A stretch of 64,000 bases of DNA from Podospora anserina (lineage: Eukaryota). The notes below the pieces were generated by a model. That model was given only the letters and a program-made list of their open reading frames with translations, ran no database searches and was not told the DNA's origin. The DNA lies in contig CM030336.1 of the NCBI GenBank assembly GCA_017654855.1, forward strand, positions 1,364,001-1,428,000, in the 5' to 3' direction. Positions within the stretch are counted from its first letter, which is position 1; every line of letters starts with the position of its first letter. A program made the position numbers and the translations under genes. Shown in pieces: positions 49,603-62,686 of this stretch.

Positions 49603-51005
49603 GCATGCGCAGGCATACAGACAGCAAGTACTACCACGGGCCCAGGCAGCCGAGCCAAGATGGGACACTCAGGAAACAAGCAACGCGAACCGAACACAGA
49701 AGCTGCAAATTGTCGAAGCCAAGACGGACCAGCTTCGGGCAATAGGAAGCACTTGCCGGCAAGCAGCCAGACGACATGTCAGTAAGCTTGGGGAAAACCT
49801 CACGCCAAGACGTCTTGTTTGATATTAGGCAGATTAAGCACTTCCGCTGATGCCCGTTGCTGTCAGTCGCTGCCCTCCTTCACTGGCGCTTGGCGCTTGG
49901 CGCAACATCATCCCGCCCTTGGCTGCATGGCGTCGACTGGGGAAAGGAAGAAAGAAGGAAGCATGCCGCTAGGAGCAAGCCACAGGAACAGGGAGGATGA
50001 AACAAGAGGGTGTGCGGGGCCAAAAGGGAAAGGAAAGCGGCAGTGGCTTTATTGGCGGTTTCTCCCCTGTATGACGTTCACTTGAACTTCTCTCCTTGGT
50101 TCTGCAGTGTTTTGATTAGGACCAGAGCCCACATGTCAGGATGATCGCTTGCAAGAAGCTACCAGGGTTTGGTCAGAGATGGTGATAGGGGTAGCGATGC
50201 TCATCATGTATGGCAGTGGCCTTCTATTTATTAGGTACTATAGCATCACACCGGCGACTGCATTTCAGCAAGTCTTTGCACCCAAATATTGCTATTAATT
50301 CAAATGAAATCTGCAGTTTTCCTCCCTCAGGCCATTTTGACTGTTCCCCAAATATCCTCTGCTGCTTACTGTTGGCCTCTGGCAGCTACGTAGAATAAAC
50401 TCGGAGTCTGCTCCAGGTTTGAGTAGTCGGAACTCACTGAACATGCATAACTCGGGTGACACAGCCAATGAACAAAGACGCGCCTAGATATAACCACCGG
50501 GATTTAACTGGCCGGCCGGCGCTTAACCGCAACTACCGTATAGCAGTAAGCATAAAGGTGAGCGCTATGATGTGTTGAGCGTGAGTTCTAGATCCGCCCT
50601 GTCGTCGGGTCGGGGGCTTCGATGGAGATTTGGACGTTATCTAACCTTTATGTGGCGCCTGTAGCTTGGGGGACGGTTTGTATCTGCAGAGGAAGGAGTG
50701 TTTGAAGTTTAAAATTGTGGGTGGGACTGCCCTAACATCAAATGCCACAAAGCGAAGCCAAAAACACACTACCATCTTTGTACGCCTTTCCTTTTCTTTG
50801 CCACCAAATAAGCTAACGTAGCCATCACCCTGGCCGTACCCCGTCCATAAAAATGAAAGGGCTGTTTCTGCGGCTTTGCAAGCTTTGGAAACGAGCCTGC
50901 GGGCCGCTCTCAAATAATATGCCCAAGGGTCGACAGCCAATTCAAGAATTGATGGGTACAGAATCTAAGGAAACTCCTTCCTGTAATTGCTTTCCCGTGT
51001 TGCAC

Positions 51006-53021
51006 TCAAACTAAACAGAAGTCTTGTACTGCCACTCCCTTCTCTTTCAGGTGCTGCATACTTATTTCATATCTCAACTCGCCACCCGAACTTGTGAAAG
51101 TATCAACGGCTTCAAGGCCGAGCCCTAATCTTTCGATCCTTGGATCCTTGATAACGACCTCTCCTGTCCGTTCATTCAAGATGGACAGGCTACCTCGATT
51201 GCTCTCGTTGAATGCATACACCTGCCGCTGATAACTTTCGAGTGGTCCTAAAAATGGCTCGCCAGCCATGATACCATGCATGAAGGCGTCTCCAACAAGT
51301 TGATAGAACTCACGATGCCTGTTTTTTTCTGTTGCACGCAAGATTAGAGGGGTGTCTGTCCCGAGGAAAAGACATACGATGTCTCCTGGCTGTGTTGCCT
51401 TGGGTCCAAGCCCAAATCTGCCATCAGATGTCATGAAGTACTGGCGTCCTTGAACCCAGGTCGTCATGTGTTTTCCTAGGAGTACCAAGTTTGGGTCCTC
51501 CTTGTTCTCCTCACGAAAATCCTCAGATGTGGTCAGAACTTTGCGCAGCATGTCCGTCACGTCAGACAAAGGCAGGTAGTAGTTTTCCGGTGGGATAAAC
51601 GTCTCTCGAAAGCGGCCTGCACTGACTGCCCGGCTCATGCTTTCTAGGAGAATTGGCTGTTGCACAGCCGTCACCTTGGCGAAAACATCCCTGAAGAGCT
51701 TTCGAAAGCTGGCCAGCGTGGCAAAAGGAGTGGTAGTGTCGTCTGGCAGGGCCGTAACCGTGATTTCCGCGCACTGGACACCAACCATAGAGAGAAATGT
51801 CCCCTCCAGAGACGAATCCGTGACAACCGCAAGAAAAGTCTCTCCCCCAGAGCACGGCAGTCCATACATATTCCTCTCCATCTCATAAGACCAATCCGGA
51901 GTCCAGCTCGGCCACCACTTTGACCCCCCTTCCTCGTCTTTAACCCCCGCATGCGCCAAAATATCCCCCTTCCTAGTCGCCTGGATATACTTCAACACCA
52001 CATCCCCATACACCTCGGCAACAGAAGCAGTATAATCCGGCCTCACAACCTCCGCAGCACCCCCCTCCCTCTCAAACCCACTCAGCAGCCTCAACAGTGC
52101 ATAAACCCTATCTCTTGGATCCTTGCACTTCATCTCCTCGCAGTACGTCCGCATTTCTGTCAGGTTGATAGGGAATCTAGGCCTGCACATCGCAACCACC
52201 AGCCAAGCCCTATCAGTCCGGCACAGCTTCGCCATCGGGCTAGACCCTTCAGAGTTCTTGACGTTGGTGCAGTAGACCGCATTGCGGAGGTCGAGGCGGG
52301 AGATGGTGGAATGGCCAGCTTGGAATGTTGCGTTGTTTGCTAGTGCTTGCTCTTGTAAGACCCAGAGTCGTTCAAACCAAGACCGGTTGAGTAATGCTTC
52401 GACGGCGTTGGCGTCGCGGGGGGTGTAATGCCCGTCGTCAGGAAAGGGGGTGTCAATGTCGGCGAGTGAGGGGTCGCGGGCGTTGGGGGTGGGTGTCATG
52501 GATTGCATGTTCCAGTCAACGGTGACTTGGGAGCCGATGTCTCGGAGGATATTCAGTGCGTGGTTGCTATCGTCTGCTTCGGGGCCGAGCCAGATGACGA
52601 CGTGGGCTGCTTTTTCGTAGACGTCGCCCATGAAACTGACTTGGTGGCCTTTTTCGGTCCAGTCGTTTTGGTTGATGCAGATGGCGTCGATCCAGATTGT
52701 GCGCGGGCTCGAGGGCAGACGGAGGTGTCTGAGCGCGGTGGCAAGGTTTTGGGTGACGAGCATTGTGTTGTGTTTTGTTGAGCCGTCAGCGTCGATCGTG
52801 ATCATGGCGATTGGAGCCGGGTCGGCTTCGGAGCCCCATACATAGGACAGAGCTTCGTAGGGTGTGATAGCTTCATCCTGAATGTCGATGCAGGCTGGTT
52901 GATTCGTAAACGATAGGCAGATCGGGGCTGTCTTGTCTTCGCTCGGGTGGATAGACAAGAGCCGGATGAGCTTGGCTGGAGGGGGGGGAAGGGGTCGGTA
53001 TTGAAAGCTTGTCGGCACCAT
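51006..53021 (-). CDS. HET-domain protein (HET-6-like heterokaryon incompatibility family)
   Basis: IRLL, YEALSYVWG, VTQNLATALRHLR, IWIDAICINQND..EKGHQVSFMGDVY..A..V.IWLG, WFERLWVLQE, DPRDRVYALL, PSWTPDW, GDIVCLFLG..TPLILR and LVGDAFMHGIM. Confidence 0.95.
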   Translation of the reverse strand: MVPTSFQYRPLPPPPAKLIRLLSIHPSEDKTAPICLSFTNQPACIDIQDEAITPYEALSYVWGSEADPAPIAMITIDADGSTKHNTMLVTQNLATALRHLRLPSSPRTIWIDAICINQNDWTEKGHQVSFMGDVYEKAAHVVIWLGPEADDSNHALNILRDIGSQVTVDWNMQSMTPTPNARDPSLADIDTPFPDDGHYTPRDANAVEALLNRSWFERLWVLQEQALANNATFQAGHSTISRLDLRNAVYCTNVKNSEGSSPMAKLCRTDRAWLVVAMCRPRFPINLTEMRTYCEEMKCKDPRDRVYALLRLLSGFEREGGAAEVVRPDYTASVAEVYGDVVLKYIQATRKGDILAHAGVKDEEGGSKWWPSWTPDWSYEMERNMYGLPCSGGETFLAVVTDSSLEGTFLSMVGVQCAEITVTALPDDTTTPFATLASFRKLFRDVFAKVTAVQQPILLESMSRAVSAGRFRETFIPPENYYLPLSDVTDMLRKVLTTSEDFREENKEDPNLVLLGKHMTTWVQGRQYFMTSDGRFGLGPKATQPGDIVCLFLGTDTPLILRATEKNRHREFYQLVGDAFMHGIMAGEPFLGPLESYQRQVYAFNESNRGSLSILNERTGEVVIKDPRIERLGLGLEAVDTFTSSGGELRYEISMQHLKEKGVAVQDFCLV

Positions 53022-53563
53022 CTTGTGACAAAATTTGACAGTAGGGAACTGATTGTCAGTGGAAGTCTTAGAGATCAAGTAGATCTGTATGAATCTGATC
53101 CAATGTGGTTCTCGAAAAGTGTGGATTAGCACATCAACCCTCAAACTGCCAAAAAAAGCGCAAATGAGAGAAAGCCTTCGGCACTGACACCTCACCGCCG
53201 CCTTCTGGAAGCTCATTGGTCGAAAATGCGGGGCTTTGAGATATCATGCATTCCTCTGGCCCGATTAGAGGTGTTTGGTATTGGCAGACTGTTGGTTTGT
53301 GGTGCGGTTTCAGTTTCATCTGTGTCGATGCCAAGAGTCTACGTGGATGATAAGTCGTGCACGCACACCAAAAATGGACTCACAAATCGAATATTCAAAC
53401 TGGGATAGAGATATATATTGAACCGAGAAGAATACAAGGTAGGTAGTTTAAGCCAAAGGGCCGTGATTCATACTAACACTATTGGCCACAGTAACCATTG
53501 ATCGTGCTGCGAGAAGTGGTGTCCAGGGCTAGGTGAACTCGAACGGCGTAACATTTCCTTGAT

Positions 53564-54552
53564 TTAGTATGGAATTCTGTTCCCGTCCCACTTGATGAGG
53601 GTTCCGTTGTCCTGGGGCGTAATGTCCTTGAATACCCTCATCAAGCCAGCAATACAGGTTGTCATATCGTCAACCCCATCCCACCCTGTGAGCCGGGTCG
53701 AGATGAACCCAGGCTCGACATTCACCATCGTCAGCTTTCGTCCTTCCTTTTCCCACTCACGTGCCATGGTGACAGTGCCTTGGTTGAGAGCCGTCTTCGC
53801 CATACGGTAGGCCATGCATGTACCAAAAGAGTTCTCTTTTGTCTTGTTAATGCCAGCTTGCCTCATTAAACGGGGCAACGAAAGGATGAGCAAAGATGAT
53901 TTGGCTATGAGAAATGACATTGAGGGCATAACAAGATGATATATGGAGATGAGTAGGGCTTCCATCCTATCATGGGGAAAGAAAGTGATATGGCAGGATC
54001 TTGAGAGTTTACTCACTTGAAACTGAGCCAAAGGCGGAGGAGATATTGACTATCTTTGTGTTATCGCCAAGCTCCAAGCTCGGGAGGAAGTGCCCGATGG
54101 TAAGGATAGGGCCAACAGCCATTACGCGGAACTTCTCCACCATCATCTCCCCTGTTTGCTCCTGCCATGGCTTTGGATGAGGCGAGAGGCCACCAACGTT
54201 GATGAGGAGGTCAAGAGGTCGATCGGCACCGTATAGAGCCGCTGCTCGAGAGATGGTGGCTTCATCAAGATAATCTAGCTCCAAGAGTCTCACACCTGCT
54301 TTCTCAAGCTCCACAACCGTCGGATCCTTTTCTGTGCGTGTTTTGGGCCGAACGGTAGCCGTAACGTCCCATGACTCCTCAACAAATGCCTTCAGGAGAT
54401 TGTTTCCGATCCCGCGGTTTGCCCCTGCAGCTCTTGGTGTCAGTGGCGTCGACGCGTGGTTATCAGAGTGTTGATTGGCGAATATCAGTTTCAATTCTGG
54501 GTTGCACGGGGTACCAGCACTTACCCACGATAAGAACAGTCTTCCTCCTCAT
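53564..54552 (-). CDS. Short-chain dehydrogenase/reductase (CsgA-like)
   Basis: MRRKTVLIV|GANRGIG (intron 54524-54425), NISSAFGS, a second intron at about 54015-53837, YRMAK (YxxxK), EPGFIST and WDG...PY. Confidence 0.9.
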
Positions 54553-55973
54553 GCTTCCAAGTTGCCTGAAGGCTCGGACAGCGTTGGTGAGCAGCTGGGA
54601 GAGGCTTGTATAAAGCTTAGACTCTGTCCATCAATTGCTCGGATAGTTTTTATGGATGAATAGAGCCGTACTTGGTAAAGACGAGATAGTGAAATAGGAA
54701 GAGAAATATAATGTGCTTCATTATGAGCCTGATGAAGGTCGAGGAAGTCCCCGAAATTTACCATGACTGCATTGTAGATGTGTAAAGAATCAGGTTAGGA
54801 ACGTACCAGCTTGATGCAGATGAAAGATAGGCGTCGAGCACCATCCCAAAATGAAGCTTGGGGCCGTGAACTTGATAGGCCTATATGTCTTGTTCAGGGT
54901 TTTGTTGACTTTTAAGATAGGGGTTATCAATTTCGGTGGTGGGAGGTATGTCGCAAATATGTGAGAAGATATGAACGCTGAAACTCACTCTCGAGTTCTC
55001 TGATTCAAGTCAGGTGATACCTAGTGTGACCTGCCGTCACCCGTTTTGGCATGGACGCCACTGACAGCCAATCATTCCTGCTCGGTGAGTTGGGTTTTCA
55101 ACTGACTGTTACCTGAAAGTGGGCAGCTATGCAGAAACACTAGGCCTTGTCCCGGGCCTCAATATCTTAGAGCACAAGTTAGGTAGCACCTTTCACAATT
55201 GGTGCCGAGTCACTGCAGGTCTATGGGTCGAACCGTTATGAGTTTGGATGACCTGATGACACCTAGAGGCAGCCCGGTGTTTCCTAAGCTTGGGTGACGA
55301 ACTTCCGCCAAGAGTGGTACTGTGGGCACTGCACCCTGGTGCACTCTTTCAGGGCACCGCATGGGGGGTGCCTGCAAGGCTCAGAGGACTTCGACCTACT
55401 CTTCAGGTGCACGCCCCCGGGCATGAGATGTGGTTCACACCCCTCCATCAACTTTCGTAGGTACTCTCCATCATTGGCGCTCAGCCAGCCAATATCGATT
55501 GCACCCCAAAGAAATTTCATTTTTGTACCCCAACCGCCCGCCCCTACACACCATCACAAACACAAGCCTGGAATAAAACGCGGTGAGGCTGCGTTGAGGG
55601 CAGAACTCACCTCAATTCCTCCCCACCTCTAGGGTCTTTAAGGCTCTCTCTCGGCACGTGTGTCTCATCGACAGGCGTACTGAAAGTTCCATTCCCAATC
55701 CTTTCAAATGATTCGGCATGGCACATCACAGCATATCTCCAGGAACTGGTTATTGACACTTACGTAACGTTCAGGCTGCATACCTATCTATGCAAGTCAA
55801 ATGCTGACGGAAGCCCAAAGAGCCTTGTTAATTATTCTAAGCCTCATCTCTAGCATTAAATATGAGGCCGTCCCCGTCTTGGTAGCACGAGTTTCTCGAC
55901 TTGTCTTTGGTTTGATCGATTTCATCAGTTTCCCCGGATATGTTACTTTTTTCCGGCGACAAAGCCTCCAATC

Positions 55974-58024
55974 ATGGAGATGTCAGATGTTTCAACCCAA
56001 CCTTCTCCAGGAGGTCCAGGTTCCATTGTGTCTAACCCAGGTATGTTTTGTTACCCAGACTCGGGTACCTAGGTACTTTATTTGATTGACCGCTGGTAGT
56101 AGCGAAGTACTGACGTCTTAAACTTTTCCAAAAGGCTCTAGACCAAAACGTCAATTTGCTGATCAGATCCGCTCATTTGCTGACAGAACCCCAGAGGGTT
56201 ATCTCGTCCCCGGTAGACATTTTGGCCCATTGAGCGAACTTTTGGACACCTATCCGCAACAGAATGGGCCCAATACAGGCACTGGTCAAATTTCTGCATC
56301 ATCGCCATCTCTAAGCCAAGGACCCGGGAACCTCCATGTGGCTTTCACACCGATCTACTTGGTTCACCCAGAAAACGACTCCGTTTCCAACCCGTTTCAT
56401 CACGTTGCGATCAATATCCGTGACGAGTTGGACCAAATATTGTCACAGCGCCAAAATCTCGGGCCAAACTCCAATCTACTCGTGTTTCTTCATGGCTGGC
56501 AATCGCCAACTTCGCTCCGACTACTTGGGACGTACTGCGGACTCGACCCCGAGATGTTTCGGTGTCACCTCAGCTTCCTCGCTTCCACCAAGCTCTTTGA
56601 CCAACCGCCACTCCCTTCCCAACAATTATCCATCTGGAGAATCCGGACCGTGACGATCTGCGAATTCAGACTACCCGGGGACGCACTTGACGCTGAAGAG
56701 CTTGAACGTCGACGGCAGAGTGCTCAGCGGGATGTCCAGAGGTACCTTCAGAGACTTGGATCCACGACGGACGAGGGAACACCAATTATACGCCACTATT
56801 CTGTGATAGACAGCACGACGTCGGTTCTTGAACAGGATATTTCTTTTTGTGTCAGCAAAAAGGATGACGGTTGGATCGGTAAGTCAATCAACTCGATACC
56901 ATTTCTACAGGATCTTGTCTGAGAAGACTGCTACTGCCTATAGTATAGGCTGTGCCTTGTGCTGTAATGTTCGAGCTTATTGCTGATAGGGTTTATTTCA
57001 AGGAACTATCTGGACGGACAGCGGCTTTCCACTTGAGTGTGATAAGGCGCTCGTCCAACGCACGGAATCTGCCAATGGGCAGGCGGAACGACAAGAGAGT
57101 TACGTACCTCTTGTTCTACACAGACCGAAGATAGCAATCTCACCACCCGAGTTACCCGCTTCCCCTCCTCCGGCGACTAGCAGCCAGCCCCATACTCCGT
57201 TCTATCGAGCGACCTTACCACCTTATCCGAATTTCTTTTACTTGGCCAGTCAATATGGGTCATCGTTGGACCCAAACCTCGCTCGGCGTGATGCATTGTA
57301 TGCATTCAGCGAACTGATATCAATGGCAGCAAGTTCAGAACACCAGCTCCTGAATTTACTGAAGTATCACATCGATATCGCGCTTCACCGGTTTCAGGGC
57401 ATTGAGAATTGGTCGCTAGCGCACTTGAAGCATCTAACCACCCTAGTCGAGCGTGCCATCGACGAGAGCAAACGGGTTGTTTATCTTCTCGAAAATGAAG
57501 GGTATACCCAGTGGCCCAGCGCTCATAAAGACCGAGCCGCTGTAATCAGGGCCGGATCTAACCTTCGTAGCGGGGGCAGTGGTGGCATCGGCAACGGTCC
57601 CTCGGAGAGCAGGAACCCAATAGACATGCACGATACCCGCGAGAGAACTCGAAAGTTGCTGTTGGATGACTACCGGTCCATATTACACCGAGCACAGTCC
57701 ATAAAGAAAGCAGTCGATAGCGGGATGGCAGTTATCACAACAGAGATCAGGATGCAAGAGGCAAGAAGGTCGACCGAGCAGGCCCATAAAATCGGACGTA
57801 TCACGGTGCTCGCCTACTTCTTTTTGCCGTTGTCTTTCGTTACATCGATTTATGGTATGAACTTCATTGAGTTCAAAGACGACAACATGTGGAAGGGAAT
57901 TGCTGCATACGTGGGAACGACAGTGGGAATCTTGATTCCTTCTATGGTTTTGTGCTTCTGGAAAGCAGCCTGGTCAAGAGGTTCACAGAGGGATGAGAGT
58001 GGACGGGAAGGCGGCCAAAGTTGA
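55974..58024 (+). CDS. Protein with a C-terminal CorA-like two-TM domain
   Basis: Three exons splice in frame (introns about 56041-56134 and 56879-57002). LDPEMFRCHL, PPLPS, a long helical region, then ITVLAYFFLPLSFVTSIYGMNF (GMN motif) and a second TM. Confidence 0.88.
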
Positions 58025-58765
58025 GCATCTGAAGACTTAGCATAACATGCGTTCAGTCTATATATTATAGAAACTGAAGGGAAGTCTGGCGTCCTATGGG
58101 CTCGATAACTAGTGTTACGGAATAATGTATAGAGAAGCAACTGGCTGGGCCACTCTACCTGTAGATGCTATATTCAGGCTCACTGCAGCGTTCGCGTTCC
58201 ATGTTCGTATCATTGTCGATGTTACCCCTCCACCCTGAGCAGGTCACAAAAGAGAGTGTTCATACTTTTCTCTGGGAGTCTACAAGGTCAATAATGGTAC
58301 GACAAGCATCTGGAAGCTCGGATCTTCAAGTATCCTCATGGATCATATCTCCACAAAGGTAAAGCTAGAGTCAGGTGGTGAGAAGGCGAAGATGAAGGAG
58401 CATGCTATCACAATATTTGCATCGATGGAAGGTAGATGCACTTTACGAAAGGCTACATTTGGGATGAAGGGCTACTCAACTACAAACCACGAGGATTGAT
58501 GGCAAGCGAAATGACGAGATCCGAAGTTTTATGAATGATGCGCTATAGAAAAAGAATTATGGAAAAAAATGTAGTAAACATACAGAAACATATGCTTGTC
58601 ACTAAAAGCAACCAAGATATGGGTGCCATAAAGCTGAACGTGCCCCACAACATTGACAATCTGTGACCTAATAAACAAGAAAGTCGGGGTTCTGCACTTG
58701 CCTGAAGCACCTTTGATCGGTACCTCTGTCGTCTCATCATGAATAATCTGTTCATCTGTCAAATC

Positions 58766-61700
58766 CTATCTCCAAATTAAAGGCACGACAGAGAGCAACT
58801 GTTCCTCGGTCAGTCCGATCACATCTTCGATCCCGGACACATCTTTGTATAAATCCATAGACTCTCTGAGCGACAGTTCAGATGCCTCTGTATCCCCCAT
58901 GGCCTTTTGTAATTTTCCTTGGCGAAACAATGCCAGTGCCAGCTGTGCCCGGTAACAGCTATGTGCCCGGTAACCGTTCACTGCTGCCTCCAAGTAAAGG
59001 CTAGGTAAGGTAGTAATATGCAGAAGTTAGCCCAAGACTTTGAAAGAAAGAAATCCTCGGTCTCGGACCAGAACAATGTACAAAGGCCGTGATTTACCTA
59101 CCTCGCCGTTTCATATTGTATTTTCTCCATGTGGTAGCTCCCAAGAATGCTGCACATATGCGCAACGTAGTGTGACTTGCTTCCAACAGTCTTTCTGAAA
59201 TTCTGAAGGGCCTCGAAGCAATTGTCGAAGGCCTCATCCAATAAGCCCTGTTTTCTCTTCACAAAGGCAAGGCACCGGTGTACGATCCCTAGTCTGATGG
59301 GGGTAACATGTCATGTTAGTCAGCTGGTTGGATATCGAACAACCCGTTGATGATGACATGCACGTCGGTGGGTTCAAACACTGAAGAGGTGGGAGGCAGA
59401 AACTAACTGAAACAGATGTCCTTCGGAGGAGTGTGTAGTCCAGTAGTCCAAAGCAAGCTGAAGTCGATGCATGGCTTTGTCATAATCTCCCTTGGCTGCT
59501 AGCGCAAAGGCCTGGTGGCTACTTGCAAATGTCGGGAAATCGGAACCGTTCTTGTACGCCTCGGTCACCTCTGTCATATCGATACCAATTTGGGCGTTAT
59601 GAATTGCGTCGTCGTACTGGCCTGCCAGCATCTGGATGTGAGCCAACTCGCCGTGTGCCATTGCCATGCGAGCCTCCCCCAGCACTGTTCCATCGCGGAG
59701 TTTCACCCGAAGTTCATAGTGCTCCCAGGCGTACTTGAGGTTCTGCTGTATGCTCTCATTAACCTCTGCTTCAACTACTGAAAGAGAGAACAATGTGTCT
59801 GCGCGGATATCAGTCATGACCCTGTTAGGCTCGGATTGAGAAGAGGAAGCGAGAGACGCATCGGAGAGGCGCAGGACATGCAACAGCAGAGGCTTTGCTT
59901 GCTCAAAATCATTACGCTCTCGAAGGTACCTGTAAACAGTCATTGTTAGTAAGCCTATGACGCAGCGAGTGGAGGAACATGAAGATCTACTAACCAGCCG
60001 GCAAACAGCAGGAGTCTGGCTAAGTTATGATGAGCTTCGGGAGACTCGATCTCGGCCGAGTAATGGTCAAAGAACCCCTTCAGCTTGATGATATGTGGCA
60101 AAAGGTCCTCGGATGCTTCCCATGTCGCGGTATCGTGGTCAAACTGAAGGAAGGCGGTAGGCCATCCGCTGAGGACGAGAAACGCCGCGAATTCGAGCAT
60201 CTGCAACATCCGAGGCCGTTTCATTTGGGATCTCACTACGTCTTGAACAAGACGGTGCACTGTCAATCTTCCATCATCCCTGTTCCTTCTGATCAGTGAG
60301 ATCTGTGACAGATCTGAACGTGCCTCATCAAAATCAAATTCGTCCATCGGGTACTCTTCTGGCAACACTTGTGTGGGTGGAAACGGCGGTCTGATCAGCG
60401 ATTCCCTGATCGAGTCCGGATTAAGGAATGAGAGAACCTGGAGAACTGACCGACTGTTTGAAGATAACCCTTCAAGTGCCCAGACGGTGAAGATTGAATG
60501 CTTGTACTGTGCACCACGAGACCTCAACGCACGATCGTTTGCAAGCTTCTCCACGGAATATCGGTCATAGAAAGCTACGAATTCAGGCAGTGATTTGTCG
60601 CGTTTTGTGATGAAAGCAGCGATCTGTGTGATGGCTAGCGGCAATCCACCAAGTCGTTCAGCAATATCCAGCGATGCTTGTACATTTTGTGGCAACGTGT
60701 GATCGATCCCAGGGGTCAGTTGTCGAAGCAGATCGGCAGCTTCTTCCCTTTCAAATGGTTCCAGGTCTAGCGTTAGCCTGCCGACCTGGGCCTCCAAGTT
60801 TCTGCTTGTCAGCAAGATGGATCCATCTGGATTGTCTGGCCAATAATCTTCGAGTAACGAGAGGTCGTCAGCATTGTTGAATATGAGCAACCAGCTTGCT
60901 TTCTTGTTAGACGTGTCCTCCGCACCATCGTCCCCTTCAGTTGGCGCCGTCGCATCCTTGGGTCTGGCCTTCGGTCGCTTGGTAGGGTTGTTAAGCCACT
61001 CGCGGGCGATATTTCGGCTAACCACCCGGTCTTGACCGGTATTGGCACCGAGGTAGGTTGCGAAAAGCTCAAAGCCTTCTGATAGCTGTGTTGCTTCTTC
61101 TGCTTCAACCCAGATCACGGCATCGAAGTAGTGCTGTCGTGAAAATGCAAACTCACGCGCAAGCTCAGTTTTTCCTACTCCCCCCATTCCACGTATCGCC
61201 AACTCTCGGCGTGGCTCTCTGTTGAGTTCACATTTCGATTCCTTTCGAGGAACCAACACGGTCTCCATGTAGTCTAGGAGCTTTTGACGTCCAGTAAATT
61301 GAACGTTACGGTCAGATGGTTTGAGCGTCGTATAAGGTGCCTGTAAAGAAAGAGGGCATGACTCAAGGTCTGAGAGCACATTGATTTCTTCCCGCGAACG
61401 TCCGACCTGCAGATATAGGTCTCCCCGTGTTCCGGGTGGTGGTTCGTGGCTGAATTGATCGGCATCAGTTGGATCAATGATATCCCATGCCTCGTCTGAG
61501 CCCTCCGACAACACATCATGAATGCTTTCCTGCCGAATACTAGCACAATCGTTGCCTGATGGGGGGGTTTGCGCAGATGAGGTGGTTGAATTCTTTCTCG
61601 ACGCCCACCGCAACGCCTTGGTAATCATCCGTTTGATAGCGTCAACAAGCATAATGTCGTTATTGGCACAGCCCAAAAGCCCAAAGTGATCTGCGTTCAG

Positions 61701-62686
61701 GCGAATCAGGTTCTCGTGCCGTACAGAGATCTCGGCAAACTGTGCGTCAACGAGCTACACAGGGAGAATGAAGGGAACCGATTAGCTGACATGAACACAA
61801 CGCCTACATGGGTAAATGGGAGGGCTTACGATAGTCTTCCTCCAAGTTAACCCTTTTTGTAACCTGGTTGGCAATGTTTCGTATGCTGTAATGACTGAAA
61901 CGTCTCGAAGTCTTTCCTGGAAGTTTTCTGACACTGTGGCAACCTGGGCGTTTTTCAACTCAGCTTTGATGTATTGAAGTCGTGACAGCTCTTTGACTGT
62001 GTGGCGTAGAGTGAGTGTGAGATTCTCCCAGAGATCACGGTTCGCAAATGTAGGGTGTGGAGTACCAAAGAGGACGGTTCCCTGGTGAAGCTCTCGTAGG
62101 TTTTGGCAAGCTGGAGATTGGTCGCCGTGGTAGATTATGGACAGAGCCTGCAATAAAATTAGTACCTACTTATCTTGCTAGGTTGTGACTAGAAACCGGA
62201 TGAAAACATGAAATCTGTTACCTCTTTCACCAAAATGCCCCCAAGACCATAAGAAAAGACCACGAGCGATGAGCCAATCGATGATGACTCTACGATTGGT
62301 GACACTATTATCTGTTCTAATATTAGCACCTGCTTCAATCAAGAGAGAACACGCGATTGATGCCAACCTCAGATTTCAACACCTCAACCAATGTCTTCGC
62401 TTGGGCTCTGACTGACTCCCACACTGATTCCTCTTCACTAAGAGAACCCAAATGATATTCAAACCCCAATGCATGGGCCTTCCCGTTGGAAGGACAACGA
62501 ATGAAAGACCTTAACTGCTTCCAGGAGGATTTCAACGTCTTTTCGGGTTCCTTCACACACAGGTCTGGGACAAACAAGAGACTTGTAGCAGGTTAGCGCC
62601 CAATCTACAGTGCGGTATGCATACCACCAAGATGGCCCAAACAAAATGCCAAAGCATTCCATTTGGCTGCCAAGTGCTGACGCCAT
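58766..62686 (-). CDS. Fungal NLR: alpha/beta-hydrolase (SesB-like) + NB-ARC + TPR repeats
   Basis: Multi-exon gene. N-terminus LLFVPDL, FEY, FSYGLGGILVKE|AL, LFGTPH, YETLPT, NADH. NB-ARC FTGR, GMGGVGKTELA, WLLIFNNADD, ILLTSR, LGGLPLAITQ, VHRLVQ. C-terminal TPR-like helices. Confidence 0.9.

Noticed and set aside
53022-53216. 65-aa N-terminal extension of the HET ORF in the ORF track
   Set aside because: Family similarity begins at MVPTSFQYRPL (53021); the upstream part looks like UTR.
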